The position numbers were made by a program, and so were the translations under genes. Positions 35,165 through 43,408 of a DNA stretch of 44,303 nt are shown in pieces. Position 1 is the first letter of the stretch, and every line of letters begins with the position of its first letter. The stretch lies in the NCBI GenBank assembly GCA_964474965.1, contig CAYYUO010000002.1, positions 1 through 44,303 of the forward strand. Reading direction: 5' to 3'. Source of the stretch: an uncultured Dehalococcoidales bacterium. GTDB lineage: Bacteria > Chloroflexota > Dehalococcoidia > GIF9 > AB-539-J10. Below the pieces are notes generated by a model. It made no database searches, was not told where the DNA came from, and saw only the letters and a list, made by a program, of their open reading frames with translations.

Positions 35165-35935
35165 TCATCCTTTTCTTACAGGTATGCCTTTTTCCGCTAA
35201 GTAATCTTTCGCCTGACGAATGGAATAAATCTGATAGTGAAAGATGCTAGCGGCGAGAACGGCGTCAGCTTTGCCTATGACTAAAGCCTCATAGAGATGC
35301 TCCAAATTGCCGGCACCACCGCTGGCAATGACCGGCACCATCACTGCCCCACTAATAGCGCGGGTTAATTCCAGGTCATATCCAGTTCGCTGACCATCAG
35401 CGTCCCAGCTGGTGAGGAGCAGTTCTCCAGCACCAAGAGCCACAGCCTGCTTAGCCCATTCAATGGCATCGGTTCCAGTAGGCTTCCGTCCCCCGTGAGT
35501 GCAGATCTCCCACTTAGCAGCAATACTATTGTTTAGTCGCTTAGCATCGATAGCCACGACAATGCACTGACTGCCAAATTTATCCGCCCCTTCAGTGATA
35601 AGCCTGGGATTCTGCACGGCGGCGGTGTTAATGGATACCTTGTCTGCCCCTGCTTTCAGCATGCGACGCGTATCTTCGATGCCACGCAAACCTCCGCCAA
35701 CGGTAAGGGGAATAAAAACCTGCTCGGAGACCCGTTCGACGATGTCAACCATGATGTCACGCCCCTCAGGGGTAGCACCGATATCCAAGAAGACAAGTTC
35801 ATCAGCACCCTCCTTGTAATAGAAAGCAGCTAGCTCTACAGGGTCGCCCGCATCTCGAAGATGAGTAAAGCTGGTGCCTTTAACTACTCGCCCTTGAGTG
35901 ACATCAAGGCAAGGGATAATTCTCTTAGTTAGCAT
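35165..35935 (-). CDS. hisF: imidazole glycerol phosphate synthase cyclase subunit, paralog 2
   Basis: [63 protein letters not shown]. Its start overlaps the GAT gene end by 7 nt. Its stop lies 1 nt before the FMN-domain gene's ATG. Confidence 0.9.
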   Translation of the reverse strand: MLTKRIIPCLDVTQGRVVKGTSFTHLRDAGDPVELAAFYYKEGADELVFLDIGATPEGRDIMVDIVERVSEQVFIPLTVGGGLRGIEDTRRMLKAGADKVSINTAAVQNPRLITEGADKFGSQCIVVAIDAKRLNNSIAAKWEICTHGGRKPTGTDAIEWAKQAVALGAGELLLTSWDADGQRTGYDLELTRAISGAVMVPVIASGGAGNLEHLYEALVIGKADAVLAASIFHYQIYSIRQAKDYLAEKGIPVRKG

Positions 35936-37080
35936 TTGCGTACACCTTCTATTTCCGCAGCTGAAGCTTTCGCAAACTCAAGTGGCTTCTCCAAACTGCC
36001 TACGATAGGCTCCCCGCCCATAGGAATCCAGGCCCGGTCGAGGTCGGGAGAAACCAAGCGAATAGCTGATTCTTCAGAAGAAAGGTAAAGCACCGACCCT
36101 TTCACTCCCACTGTGAGAGGACGTAACCTTATCCTGTCAGTAAGACCAATCATCTCCCCTCGATGGGCAATGATCACAGTGAAAGGTCCATTCAGCAGAA
36201 GACTGCCATAGACTTGGCGCAAGGTTCGAAAGAGTCTTTGCTCCTCTGGGGAACAGCGCTCTATATAACTCCAGAAAGGAGGTGCTAATATCTTGGCTAC
36301 TATCTCCATGGGAAGGCCATGCCTTCGTATTAAAAGGTCAACGGCATAAGCCACCACCTCGGTGTCGGTCTGCATAGTACAGTTGTAGCCAAATTGTTCT
36401 AAATACCGTCGATTTATTCCGTAGGAAGAGATTTCACCATTATGAATCACTGTCCAGTCCAGGATATTGAAGGGATGTGCTCCACCCCACCAACCAGGAG
36501 TGTTGGTGGGAAATCTGCCATGGGCTGTCCAGAGATAACCCTCATATTGCTCCAGACAGAAATATTCTGCTATCTCTTCAGGGTAACCCACTCCTTTGAA
36601 TACTGCCATATTCTTGCCGCTGGAAAAGACGAAGGCTTCCTCCATCTTTGTATTGATTTCCATGACCCTATCCACGACATAGTCGTCCTCTGATTGCCCG
36701 TTGCTCTCGTCGGTTTTCACTTCGAGGAAGTAACGCCATACTAAGGGAGGGTTTACTATACCGGGCGTTGGCTTAGTGGGTACCTCCTTGGCATCAATTA
36801 CATGAAACTTGTGTCTGAGGAAATCCTCCACTTTGGCTTGCCCCTTCCGACTCAGATACATTATGTGGAAAGCATAATAGTCGGCATATTCAGGATATAA
36901 CCCGTAAATAGCAAACCCACCCCCCAGGCCATTACCGCGAACATGCATGTTGGCGATAGCTTCTACGACCGGCTTGCCCGAGAACACTTTCCCTGAGGTA
37001 TCCATCATTCCAAAGATGGAACAGGCATCGATCACCTTATCATCATGATAGGAGTCATTTATCCTGCTTAGTTCTTTCAA
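35929..37080 (-). CDS. gltB: glutamate synthase class II (Ntn) glutamine amidotransferase domain protein
   Basis: 383 aa. The Ntn-type Cys lies in VIDA-CSIFG after a 19-aa leader. [12 protein letters not shown] and [20 protein letters not shown] blocks are typical of the GltB N-terminal domain. Confidence 0.85.
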   Translation of the reverse strand: MKELSRINDSYHDDKVIDACSIFGMMDTSGKVFSGKPVVEAIANMHVRGNGLGGGFAIYGLYPEYADYYAFHIMYLSRKGQAKVEDFLRHKFHVIDAKEVPTKPTPGIVNPPLVWRYFLEVKTDESNGQSEDDYVVDRVMEINTKMEEAFVFSSGKNMAVFKGVGYPEEIAEYFCLEQYEGYLWTAHGRFPTNTPGWWGGAHPFNILDWTVIHNGEISSYGINRRYLEQFGYNCTMQTDTEVVAYAVDLLIRRHGLPMEIVAKILAPPFWSYIERCSPEEQRLFRTLRQVYGSLLLNGPFTVIIAHRGEMIGLTDRIRLRPLTVGVKGSVLYLSSEESAIRLVSPDLDRAWIPMGGEPIVGSLEKPLEFAKASAAEIEGVRKC

Positions 37081-37104
37081 CTTAAATGCTCCAAAGCCAG
37101 ATAG

Positions 37105-38427
37105 CTACTCGCCGGCAAAAGTTTCCTCCCCAGTTTCAATAGGCGGTGTGGGTTGAAGAATTATATCTGGTGACAATGCCAGTCGCTCTTGCCACAATGC
37201 CCGGGGAAAGAATGCCAGGCCAAAATCATCGGCCAAAAGCGACTGCTTAAAGCTCTCTACATTGACCCTGTCCCTCATAAGGCCGAAAATTATACCCGAC
37301 CTTTCGATATTTCCTACAAATATCATTCCCATTATGAGGTCATTTTTCAATATGACCTTTTGATATATATTGTCTTCTTGTTTGCTAATAGTTTCATAGC
37401 TGTCGTCGTTGGGCGCTGCAGGCATACCTGCGGAGGCGATATCAATTCCAAAATAATTAAGCGAATTGATAGCTGTGCTGCCGAGATATTCATCTGTAAC
37501 GCCAGCCATGTTAAGGCCAGCAATCCTGCCTCCAATATAGGCATTAGGCCAGATGGGGGTAAGTCTATTCTCCCCGTACACGAAATCGTAAGCTTCAGCT
37601 ACATCTCCACAGGCATAGACACCTGGGTGGTTTGTGGCCATATGACGGTCTACTACTATGCCTCGGTTTATTTCTAACTTAGCATCTAGTACAAGCTCCG
37701 GGCGCGGTGATACTCCAATAGCCACTACCACTAAATCGCAGGGTATAGCAGCCCCGTTATCCAAAATAACCTCTTCAACTCTCCCTGTTCCATTGACCTT
37801 AACCACAGTCTGCCCCGCAACGATTTCCACGCCGGCCTGCTTAAGAACTTCTTCAGCCATCGAGGATGCCTGTTGGTCGAGTATAGTATTTAATATGCGC
37901 TCTTTCATTTCCACTACTATCACGTCAACCCCTCTTTTTATTAGAGCTTCAGTTACGCTAATTCCGATGAGCCCGCCGCCGATAACTACCGCCTTTCTGG
38001 CGTTATCCAGGAATCTGTCAATCGCCTTAGCATCATCAAGGTTGGTAAATGTGAAAACACCTCTCTTGCTACTCCCTTTCATCCTGGGAAAGATGGGGTT
38101 CCCTCCTACGGCGAGTAGGAGCTTTTCCCACGCAATCTGCTCGCCGTTTTCCAATTGAGCGGTCTGGTGATTTAGCTCTAAGTGGGTCACTTTCTTGCCC
38201 GGGAGAAAAATAATATTGTTCTGGTCGTAGAAGTCGAGGGGACGGAATAATATCTCCTCAAGAGTTCGTTCTCCCGTAAGGTATTTTGAGATAAGAGGGC
38301 GTGAATAGGCAGGATAAGGCTCTTCGGAAACGATGGTCAGAGCGCCTTCCTTATCCACCTGGCGTATGGCTTCAGCAGCTCCAATGCCGCCAGCCGAATT
38401 TCCTATAATCAAGTATCTGGTTTGCAT
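37105..38427 (-). CDS. NAD(P)/FAD-dependent pyridine-nucleotide-disulfide-family oxidoreductase
   Basis: Two Rossmann motifs (YLIIGNSAGGIGAA and AVVIGGGLIGISV) and a GDVA flavin block. It has no N-terminal Fe-S Cys cluster of the kind found in GltD. Confidence 0.8.
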   Translation of the reverse strand: MQTRYLIIGNSAGGIGAAEAIRQVDKEGALTIVSEEPYPAYSRPLISKYLTGERTLEEILFRPLDFYDQNNIIFLPGKKVTHLELNHQTAQLENGEQIAWEKLLLAVGGNPIFPRMKGSSKRGVFTFTNLDDAKAIDRFLDNARKAVVIGGGLIGISVTEALIKRGVDVIVVEMKERILNTILDQQASSMAEEVLKQAGVEIVAGQTVVKVNGTGRVEEVILDNGAAIPCDLVVVAIGVSPRPELVLDAKLEINRGIVVDRHMATNHPGVYACGDVAEAYDFVYGENRLTPIWPNAYIGGRIAGLNMAGVTDEYLGSTAINSLNYFGIDIASAGMPAAPNDDSYETISKQEDNIYQKVILKNDLIMGMIFVGNIERSGIIFGLMRDRVNVESFKQSLLADDFGLAFFPRALWQERLALSPDIILQPTPPIETGEETFAGE

Positions 38428-38433
38428 TTATTT

Positions 38434-39048
38434 CTAGCTCGTGCCCAGTGCTATCTTCAAAAAGTTAGCATACATCTTTAATCCATCCTCACCACTTTTC
38501 TCGGGGTGAAACTGAGTTGCGATCAAGTTATCCTTGATTACCATGCTGCACATAGACACACCATAGTTTGTTGTGCCTGCCACTACTGACATGTCTTCAG
38601 GCTCGGCATAGAAGCTGTGGACAAAGTAAAAATTGGTTTCATCAAGTATGCCCTCAAAAACAGGGTGGGTAAGTCTTTGTTTCACCTGATTCCAACCTAT
38701 ATGAGGGATTTTAAGTCCTTGGGGCAGCCTTCTTACCTTCCCTGGAATTACGCCCAAGCACTCGTGCCAGCCTCCTTCTTCAGTTCCTGAAAGCAGTATC
38801 TGCAGCCCTACGCAAACGGCGAAGAGCGGTCGCCTTCGTTGTATCAGTTGCCGAATAGCATCGGTCATACCTAGTTTCTCTAAGCTATTCATGGTATCGG
38901 CAGCGGCGCCGACACCGGGGAGGATAACTGCAGCAGCATCAAACACTTCACCCGGCTCGCTTGTTACCCTCGGCTGGTAACCTAATTTCTTAACGGCATT
39001 AGCGACACTACGCAAATTTCCTGCACCGTAGTCGATTATAGCAATCAT
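38434..39048 (-). CDS. hisH: imidazole glycerol phosphate synthase glutaminase subunit
   Basis: MIAIIDYGAGNLRSV, ILPGVGA, VCVGLQIL (catalytic Cys), QFHPEKSG. Confidence 0.9.
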   Translation of the reverse strand: MIAIIDYGAGNLRSVANAVKKLGYQPRVTSEPGEVFDAAAVILPGVGAAADTMNSLEKLGMTDAIRQLIQRRRPLFAVCVGLQILLSGTEEGGWHECLGVIPGKVRRLPQGLKIPHIGWNQVKQRLTHPVFEGILDETNFYFVHSFYAEPEDMSVVAGTTNYGVSMCSMVIKDNLIATQFHPEKSGEDGLKMYANFLKIALGTS

Positions 39049-39081
39049 GCAGATTCCTCTCCTTTGTTCGCTTCCCGGAAG

Positions 39082-39450
39082 CTAATTCTCGACAGTGACT
39101 TCCACAATGTTTTGGCGGGCGATGACTTTCGCCTCATCACCTTTTTTGACAAAGACATGCATCAATCCCAGTACTTCATATTGTCCATTTTCTAAACTGG
39201 ATGTTTCCCACCTGACCGGGAAATTCTCACGTCTATCTTCAGACTCCCCTATCTTAATCCAAGTATCTGTATTCTTCTTCCGATAGTACCAGGGATTAGT
39301 CACCCGCATGATAGGTCCCGAGATACCTAGCTCTGCCAACTCCTTACCCAACAGGTCTTCATCAAACTCCTCGCGCAGCCGAACATTGCCAGAGTACTTT
39401 TGCAACGTCTCTGAAGGCATAAGATAATGTGGTCCCCAATTATATGACAT
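39082..39450 (-). CDS. hypothetical 122-aa protein, no family recognised
   Basis: A strong AAAGGAGG lies 7 nt upstream of the ATG. I see no signal peptide or TM helix. The C-terminal WETSSLENGQYEVLGL...VEVTVEN stretch looks beta-sandwich-like. Confidence 0.6.
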   Translation of the reverse strand: MSYNWGPHYLMPSETLQKYSGNVRLREEFDEDLLGKELAELGISGPIMRVTNPWYYRKKNTDTWIKIGESEDRRENFPVRWETSSLENGQYEVLGLMHVFVKKGDEAKVIARQNIVEVTVEN

Positions 39451-39476
39451 GATACACCTCCTTTAGATTGATTAAG

Positions 39477-39501
39477 CCAATGGAACGATAATATCCATTG
39501 G
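39477..39501. repeat. perfect 8-bp inverted repeat between the ferredoxin gene and orf122
   Basis: CCAATGGA-acgataata-TCCATTGG. No U-tract follows on the minus strand. Confidence 0.4.
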
Positions 39502-39523
39502 ATCAAACCAATTGCCTGGCTTT

Positions 39524-39979
39524 CTATGTTAGACTCTCATTTTGTACCTCCACGTAGACTAGTGCCTCATTGGGGCAATTTGTGACACAAACTGGAATAT
39601 CTTCTCCTTGGCAGAGGTCACATTTAAGCACCTTCTTTTGTGCCGTGTCTTGCTTTATCGCCCCGTAAGGGCAGGCTACTATGCACGTCCAGCAGCCAAT
39701 ACACTTTTCCATATCAACGCTGACCATGCCACTTACAGGGTCTTTGTGCATCGCACCGGTAAGACAAGAATAAACACACCAGGGCTCGTCGCAATGGCGA
39801 CATTGAATGGGAAAAGAAATCTCTACATTCCTCTCCACACGCACACGGGGCAAAGGACGTGGAGTCTCTTTTTTAAATGCCTTGATTAGGTCCTTAGACT
39901 GGGATTGCTCTACCTGGCAATAAACTCGACACAGGCCGCAGCCAATGCAGACCTCTTCATTAACATATATTCTTTTCAT
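39524..39979 (-). CDS. 4Fe-4S poly-ferredoxin (four Cys-cluster motifs, CooF/HybA-like)
   Basis: CIGCGLCRVYC, CRHCDEPWCVYSC, CIGCWTCIVACP and CDLCQG...CVTNCP motifs. Confidence 0.85.
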   Translation of the reverse strand: MKRIYVNEEVCIGCGLCRVYCQVEQSQSKDLIKAFKKETPRPLPRVRVERNVEISFPIQCRHCDEPWCVYSCLTGAMHKDPVSGMVSVDMEKCIGCWTCIVACPYGAIKQDTAQKKVLKCDLCQGEDIPVCVTNCPNEALVYVEVQNESLT

Positions 39980-40221
39980 GCTCCAAATACTTTAGGTAAC
40001 ACTGGACTCTGGATCTTAGCGAGTTTCATTTCAGTATAGCTCATATGGGCAAGATAGCCAAGTGGTTGGTGTAGACGATTGAAATTATATTCTATGTCAT
40101 TGTCGGGCCAACTGCGCAATTAACTTCCGAAGTTGAGATTACATTTCGTACAAGTAAGATACATGGTGTAGTATGCCCTATTAGTCACTCAAGAAATTCC
40201 CTGCTATAATTGACAACAGCT

Positions 40222-41742
40222 ATGCTAGCCAAGGTAAAAAGCGCTGCCGTGGTGGGTCTGGAGGGAGCTGTGGTGGAAGTAGAGGTGGATTTATCACCAG
40301 GCTTACCTTCTTTTACCATCGTTGGATTACCAGACAAGGCAGTCCAGGAGGCAAGAGAAAGAGTAAGGTCAGCCATAAGAAACTCCTACTACAAGTTCCC
40401 TAACAGGCGTATTACAGTCAACTTAGCTCCAGCCGACTTAAAAAAGGAAGGCCCCGCTTACGACTTACCCATAGCCATAGGCATACTGATGAGCTCAGGA
40501 CAGCTAAACGCCGACCTCACCCACAGTATCTTTTTAGGGGAACTCTCTTTGGATGGCAAGCTACGCCATACCCATGGGGTATTGCCCATGGTGTCTTTAG
40601 CCCGTGATAAAGGCTTATCTACTGTATTTGTGCCTTGTGATAATGCTAAAGAGGCCTCCCTTATAGACAACATACATATATTTCCTGCGGAATCGTTAGC
40701 GCAACTGGTTGTGCATCTTCAAGGCGAAGTAGACATCCCGGAGTATCAGAGTGAGCTAAATTGGGAGCAGGAATTTCACCCTAGTTATGCCTCCGACCTC
40801 AGTTATATCAAGGGTCAAGAGCATGCCAAGAGGGCTCTGGAGATAGCGGCGGCAGGAAGACACAATATCCTCATGTGTGGCCCACCGGGAAGCGGCAAGA
40901 CCATGCTGGCTCGTTCTTTGCCCTCGATACTTCCCCTGTTGACTATGGAAGAGGCTATCGAGGTAACCAAGATTTACAGCGTTAGTGGATTATTGCCGCA
41001 AGGCACCCCCATCGTTGTAGAGCGCCCTTTTCGCTCCCCGCACTATACTACTTCCCATGCTGGCTTGGTGGGTGGAGGGCAATGGCCAAGGCCCGGGGAG
41101 ATAAGCCTGGGGCACCACGGGGTACTTTTTCTGGATGAATTTCCTGAGTTCGGGCACACCACCCTGGAATCACTGCGCCAACCGATAGAGGACAGGACAA
41201 TTACCGTCAGCCGTGCTCATGGCAGTGTTACCTTCCCTGCTAGCTTTATGATGGTTGCAGCTATGAACCCCTGCCCCTGCGGATATTATGGCGACCCGTT
41301 TAAGGAATGTAAATGCTCGTCAGGAGAAATCTCCCGCTATCATAAAAAGATAAGTGGACCATTACTGGACCGCATTGATATCTTTGTCGATGTTCCCCAT
41401 ATTGATTATGAAAAACTCACTGAAGATAAGCCTGGGGAAAGCTCGGATAAAGTCAGGGCCAGAGTCAAGGCGGCGCATGAAATACAGCTTGGTCGTTTTC
41501 AGGGGACGAAGCTGAAGTGCAATGCCGATATGACGCCCAAGGAGGTGAAGGAATTCTGTACGGTGGAATCGGCAGCTCAGAGCCTGCTTCGCGCCGCCAT
41601 GAAGCAGCTTCATTTCACCGGCCGTGCCTTCCATCGCATCCTTAAGCTTTCCCGCACCATCGCCGATTTAGAGCATAGCGACATCATCAAAACACACCAT
41701 ATGGCGGAAGCTCTCCAGTACCGGCATAAGGAAATAATTTAA
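40222..41742 (+). CDS. comM: YifB/ComM family Mg-chelatase-like AAA+ ATPase
   Basis: MLAKVKSAAVVGLEG N-terminus, Walker A GPPGSGKTM, VLFLDEFPEF, and the C-terminal block FTGRAFHRILKLSRTIADLE. I prefer the ATG at 40222. Confidence 0.9.
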   Translation: MLAKVKSAAVVGLEGAVVEVEVDLSPGLPSFTIVGLPDKAVQEARERVRSAIRNSYYKFPNRRITVNLAPADLKKEGPAYDLPIAIGILMSSGQLNADLTHSIFLGELSLDGKLRHTHGVLPMVSLARDKGLSTVFVPCDNAKEASLIDNIHIFPAESLAQLVVHLQGEVDIPEYQSELNWEQEFHPSYASDLSYIKGQEHAKRALEIAAAGRHNILMCGPPGSGKTMLARSLPSILPLLTMEEAIEVTKIYSVSGLLPQGTPIVVERPFRSPHYTTSHAGLVGGGQWPRPGEISLGHHGVLFLDEFPEFGHTTLESLRQPIEDRTITVSRAHGSVTFPASFMMVAAMNPCPCGYYGDPFKECKCSSGEISRYHKKISGPLLDRIDIFVDVPHIDYEKLTEDKPGESSDKVRARVKAAHEIQLGRFQGTKLKCNADMTPKEVKEFCTVESAAQSLLRAAMKQLHFTGRAFHRILKLSRTIADLEHSDIIKTHHMAEALQYRHKEII

Positions 41743-41782
41743 ACCTAAAACTTGGTCCTGAGGCGTGAAGGAATCCTTTCCT

Positions 41783-42043
41783 TCATGATAATAATTTCAA
41801 AACCCCGCCAATAACCAGCAGTATAATACCAATGATAAGGGAAATCCTGCCTCCTATTTGCCAGGCTTGTAGCCAGAAACGCTCGTGTTCATGGGTTATA
41901 GTCTCCTTAATATCTCTTCGGGTTAGCAAAATAGAATTGTAGTATCTGTTCTTTTCCCTCTTGTTCCAGAGAATAAAAATGATCCCCAGAAGAAGGAAAC
42001 ATCCTCCCAGCACTAAGATAATTTGGTAAGTAGCCAGAGACAT
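41783..42043 (-). CDS. small membrane protein (two TM helices)
   Basis: MSLATYQIILVLGGCFLLLGIIFILW ... GGRISLIIGIILLVIGGVL. The ATG at 42043 has GGAGG 9 nt upstream. Confidence 0.45.
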   Translation of the reverse strand: MSLATYQIILVLGGCFLLLGIIFILWNKREKNRYYNSILLTRRDIKETITHEHERFWLQAWQIGGRISLIIGIILLVIGGVLKLLS

Positions 42044-42089
42044 TTTACTCAACCTCCCCCCTCAAGAATTCAAAAATTCTGAGATGACT

Positions 42090-42731
42090 CTACTTAACCT
42101 CTACAGTCGCTCCAGCAGCTTCTAATTTCTGTTTTGCTGTTTCAGCCTCTTCCTTGGGGACGCCTTCTTTTACTATCTGTGGAGCAGCTTCTACCAAATC
42201 CTTAGCTTGCTTTAATCCCAGAGTGGTTACCTCACGCACCGCCTTGATAACTTCGATTTTCTTCTCGCCGAAGCTCTTTAAGGTGACGGTGAATTCTGTC
42301 TTCTCCTCCTCCGAGGGTGCCTCTGCTGGCTTGCCAGGGGCAGCTGCCGGCGCTGCTGCCGCTACAGGGGCAGCACTAATTCCGAATTCATTTTCCAGTG
42401 TCTTGACCAAATCAGCCAGGTCCAGCACTGTCATAGTCTTAATGGCAGCGATAATTTCTTCCTTGGTCAAACCCTTGGCCTCTTTCTTCGCCCTTGGAGC
42501 TTCCTTGCCCTGTTCTTCCTTAACTTCTTTCTGTGGCTTTGGAACTTCCTTTCCCTTCTCTTCCTTAACTTCCTCCTGTGCAGTTGGAGCTTCTTTTACC
42601 TCCCCTTCCTTAACTTCTTGCTGCGCTGTTGGAACTTCCTTGCTCTCCTCTTCTTTAACTTCTTTCTTTGCTTTTGAAGCTTTCTTTACCTCCCCTTCCT
42701 TAGTTTCTTTCTTTACTTCTTCTGGTGACAT
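42090..42731 (-). CDS. rplL: 50S ribosomal protein bL12 (L7/L12) with 87-aa K/E-rich N-terminal extension
   Basis: The C-terminal 126 aa are canonical bL12: [30 protein letters not shown], an Ala/Pro hinge, then [35 protein letters not shown]...AGATVEVK. The ATG at 42731 has AAGGAGG 6 nt upstream and lies 14 nt after the rplJ stop. The frame is open throughout. Confidence 0.85.
   Translation of the reverse strand: MSPEEVKKETKEGEVKKASKAKKEVKEEESKEVPTAQQEVKEGEVKEAPTAQEEVKEEKGKEVPKPQKEVKEEQGKEAPRAKKEAKGLTKEEIIAAIKTMTVLDLADLVKTLENEFGISAAPVAAAAPAAAPGKPAEAPSEEEKTEFTVTLKSFGEKKIEVIKAVREVTTLGLKQAKDLVEAAPQIVKEGVPKEEAETAKQKLEAAGATVEVK
42483..42662 (-). repeat. four tandem 45-nt (15-aa) imperfect repeats inside the rplL 5' region
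   Basis: [15 protein letters not shown] / [15 protein letters not shown] / [15 protein letters not shown] / [15 protein letters not shown], residues 24-83. Confidence 0.75.
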
Positions 42732-42745
42732 GATGTCCTCCTTTG

Positions 42746-43264
42746 TTATGCGCTCATGGTTTGAGCCCTGTTTTGTAGCACGTTCAATAGCCCCAGCAGG
42801 GGACGGTTAAGGATATTATGTAAATTTCCTATGGGGGCTTGTATTTGCCCGATTAGTTTGGCGATTAGAACTTCTCTAGGTGGCAAACTAGCCAGGCTTA
42901 CCACTTCCTCCGGAGGCAGCACTTGGTCCTCCAACAATCCTCCTATAATTTGTAAAGGCAATGCCGCAGATTTGATATATTGGTTAAGAGCTTTAGCCGT
43001 ATTAACTATGTCATCGCCGAAGGCCAGGGCCACAGGGCCTTCGATTATATCTCTCAGTTGTGGCTTACCTGCCTGGTCAGCGGCACGATAGACCAGAGTG
43101 TTTTTGACAACATGATACTCGACACCTGCTTTTGCCAGAGCATTACGCAACTCGGCCATTTGTTTAGCAAGCAGGCCTTGATAATTAGTAGCGATAATAA
43201 TATTGCTCCGCGACAAATCGTCGGCTAGATTGCTTACTATCTGCACCTTCTTTTCTTTTAACAT
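42746..43264 (-). CDS. rplJ: 50S ribosomal protein uL10
   Basis: 172 aa: [38 protein letters not shown]...[11 protein letters not shown], the typical uL10 pattern. Confidence 0.9.
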   Translation of the reverse strand: MLKEKKVQIVSNLADDLSRSNIIIATNYQGLLAKQMAELRNALAKAGVEYHVVKNTLVYRAADQAGKPQLRDIIEGPVALAFGDDIVNTAKALNQYIKSAALPLQIIGGLLEDQVLPPEEVVSLASLPPREVLIAKLIGQIQAPIGNLHNILNRPLLGLLNVLQNRAQTMSA

Positions 43265-43400
43265 ATAGCCCTTTCTTTAATTCCCTCACGTCATGATAGA
43301 GGAAGTCTATAACAAAAACCCCTGTGCCAGTGAACACAGGGTTAACTTAAGCCTCGGCAGGCAAATCATTTAAACCCTCAGGGTACCTGCTGTCACTGGC
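43265..43400 (-). promoter_or_regulatory. rplJ 5' leader (candidate L10-leader autoregulatory RNA)
   Basis: About 135 nt of untranslated leader lie between a strong promoter and the rplJ ATG. It contains a terminator-like hairpin, consistent with known L10(L12)4-controlled leaders. Confidence 0.45.
43311..43340 (-). terminator. intrinsic-terminator-like attenuator hairpin inside the rplJ leader
   Basis: Minus strand reads CCCTGTG-ttcactgg-CACAGGG followed by GTTTTTGTT. Confidence 0.5.
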
Positions 43401-43408
43401 GTCGGGCT

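Noticed and set aside
37189-38158. Plus-strand ORFs 37189-37677 and 37658-38158.
   Set aside because: They are antisense to the Rossmann-motif-containing flavoprotein gene. Their Ser/Thr/Pro-rich translations are typical of shadow frames.
41769-41786. The palindrome GAAGGAA-tcct-TTCCTTC between convergent comM and the small membrane-protein gene, considered as a bidirectional terminator.
   Set aside because: The stem is only 7 bp, there are no flanking T/A runs, and it overlaps the stop codon of the minus-strand ORF. The evidence is insufficient.
42154-42810. A 218-aa plus-strand ORF rich in S, A, F and T.
   Set aside because: It is the mirror frame of rplL and the rplJ 3' end. Its low-complexity composition is the complement of the K/E/A-rich bL12 sequence.
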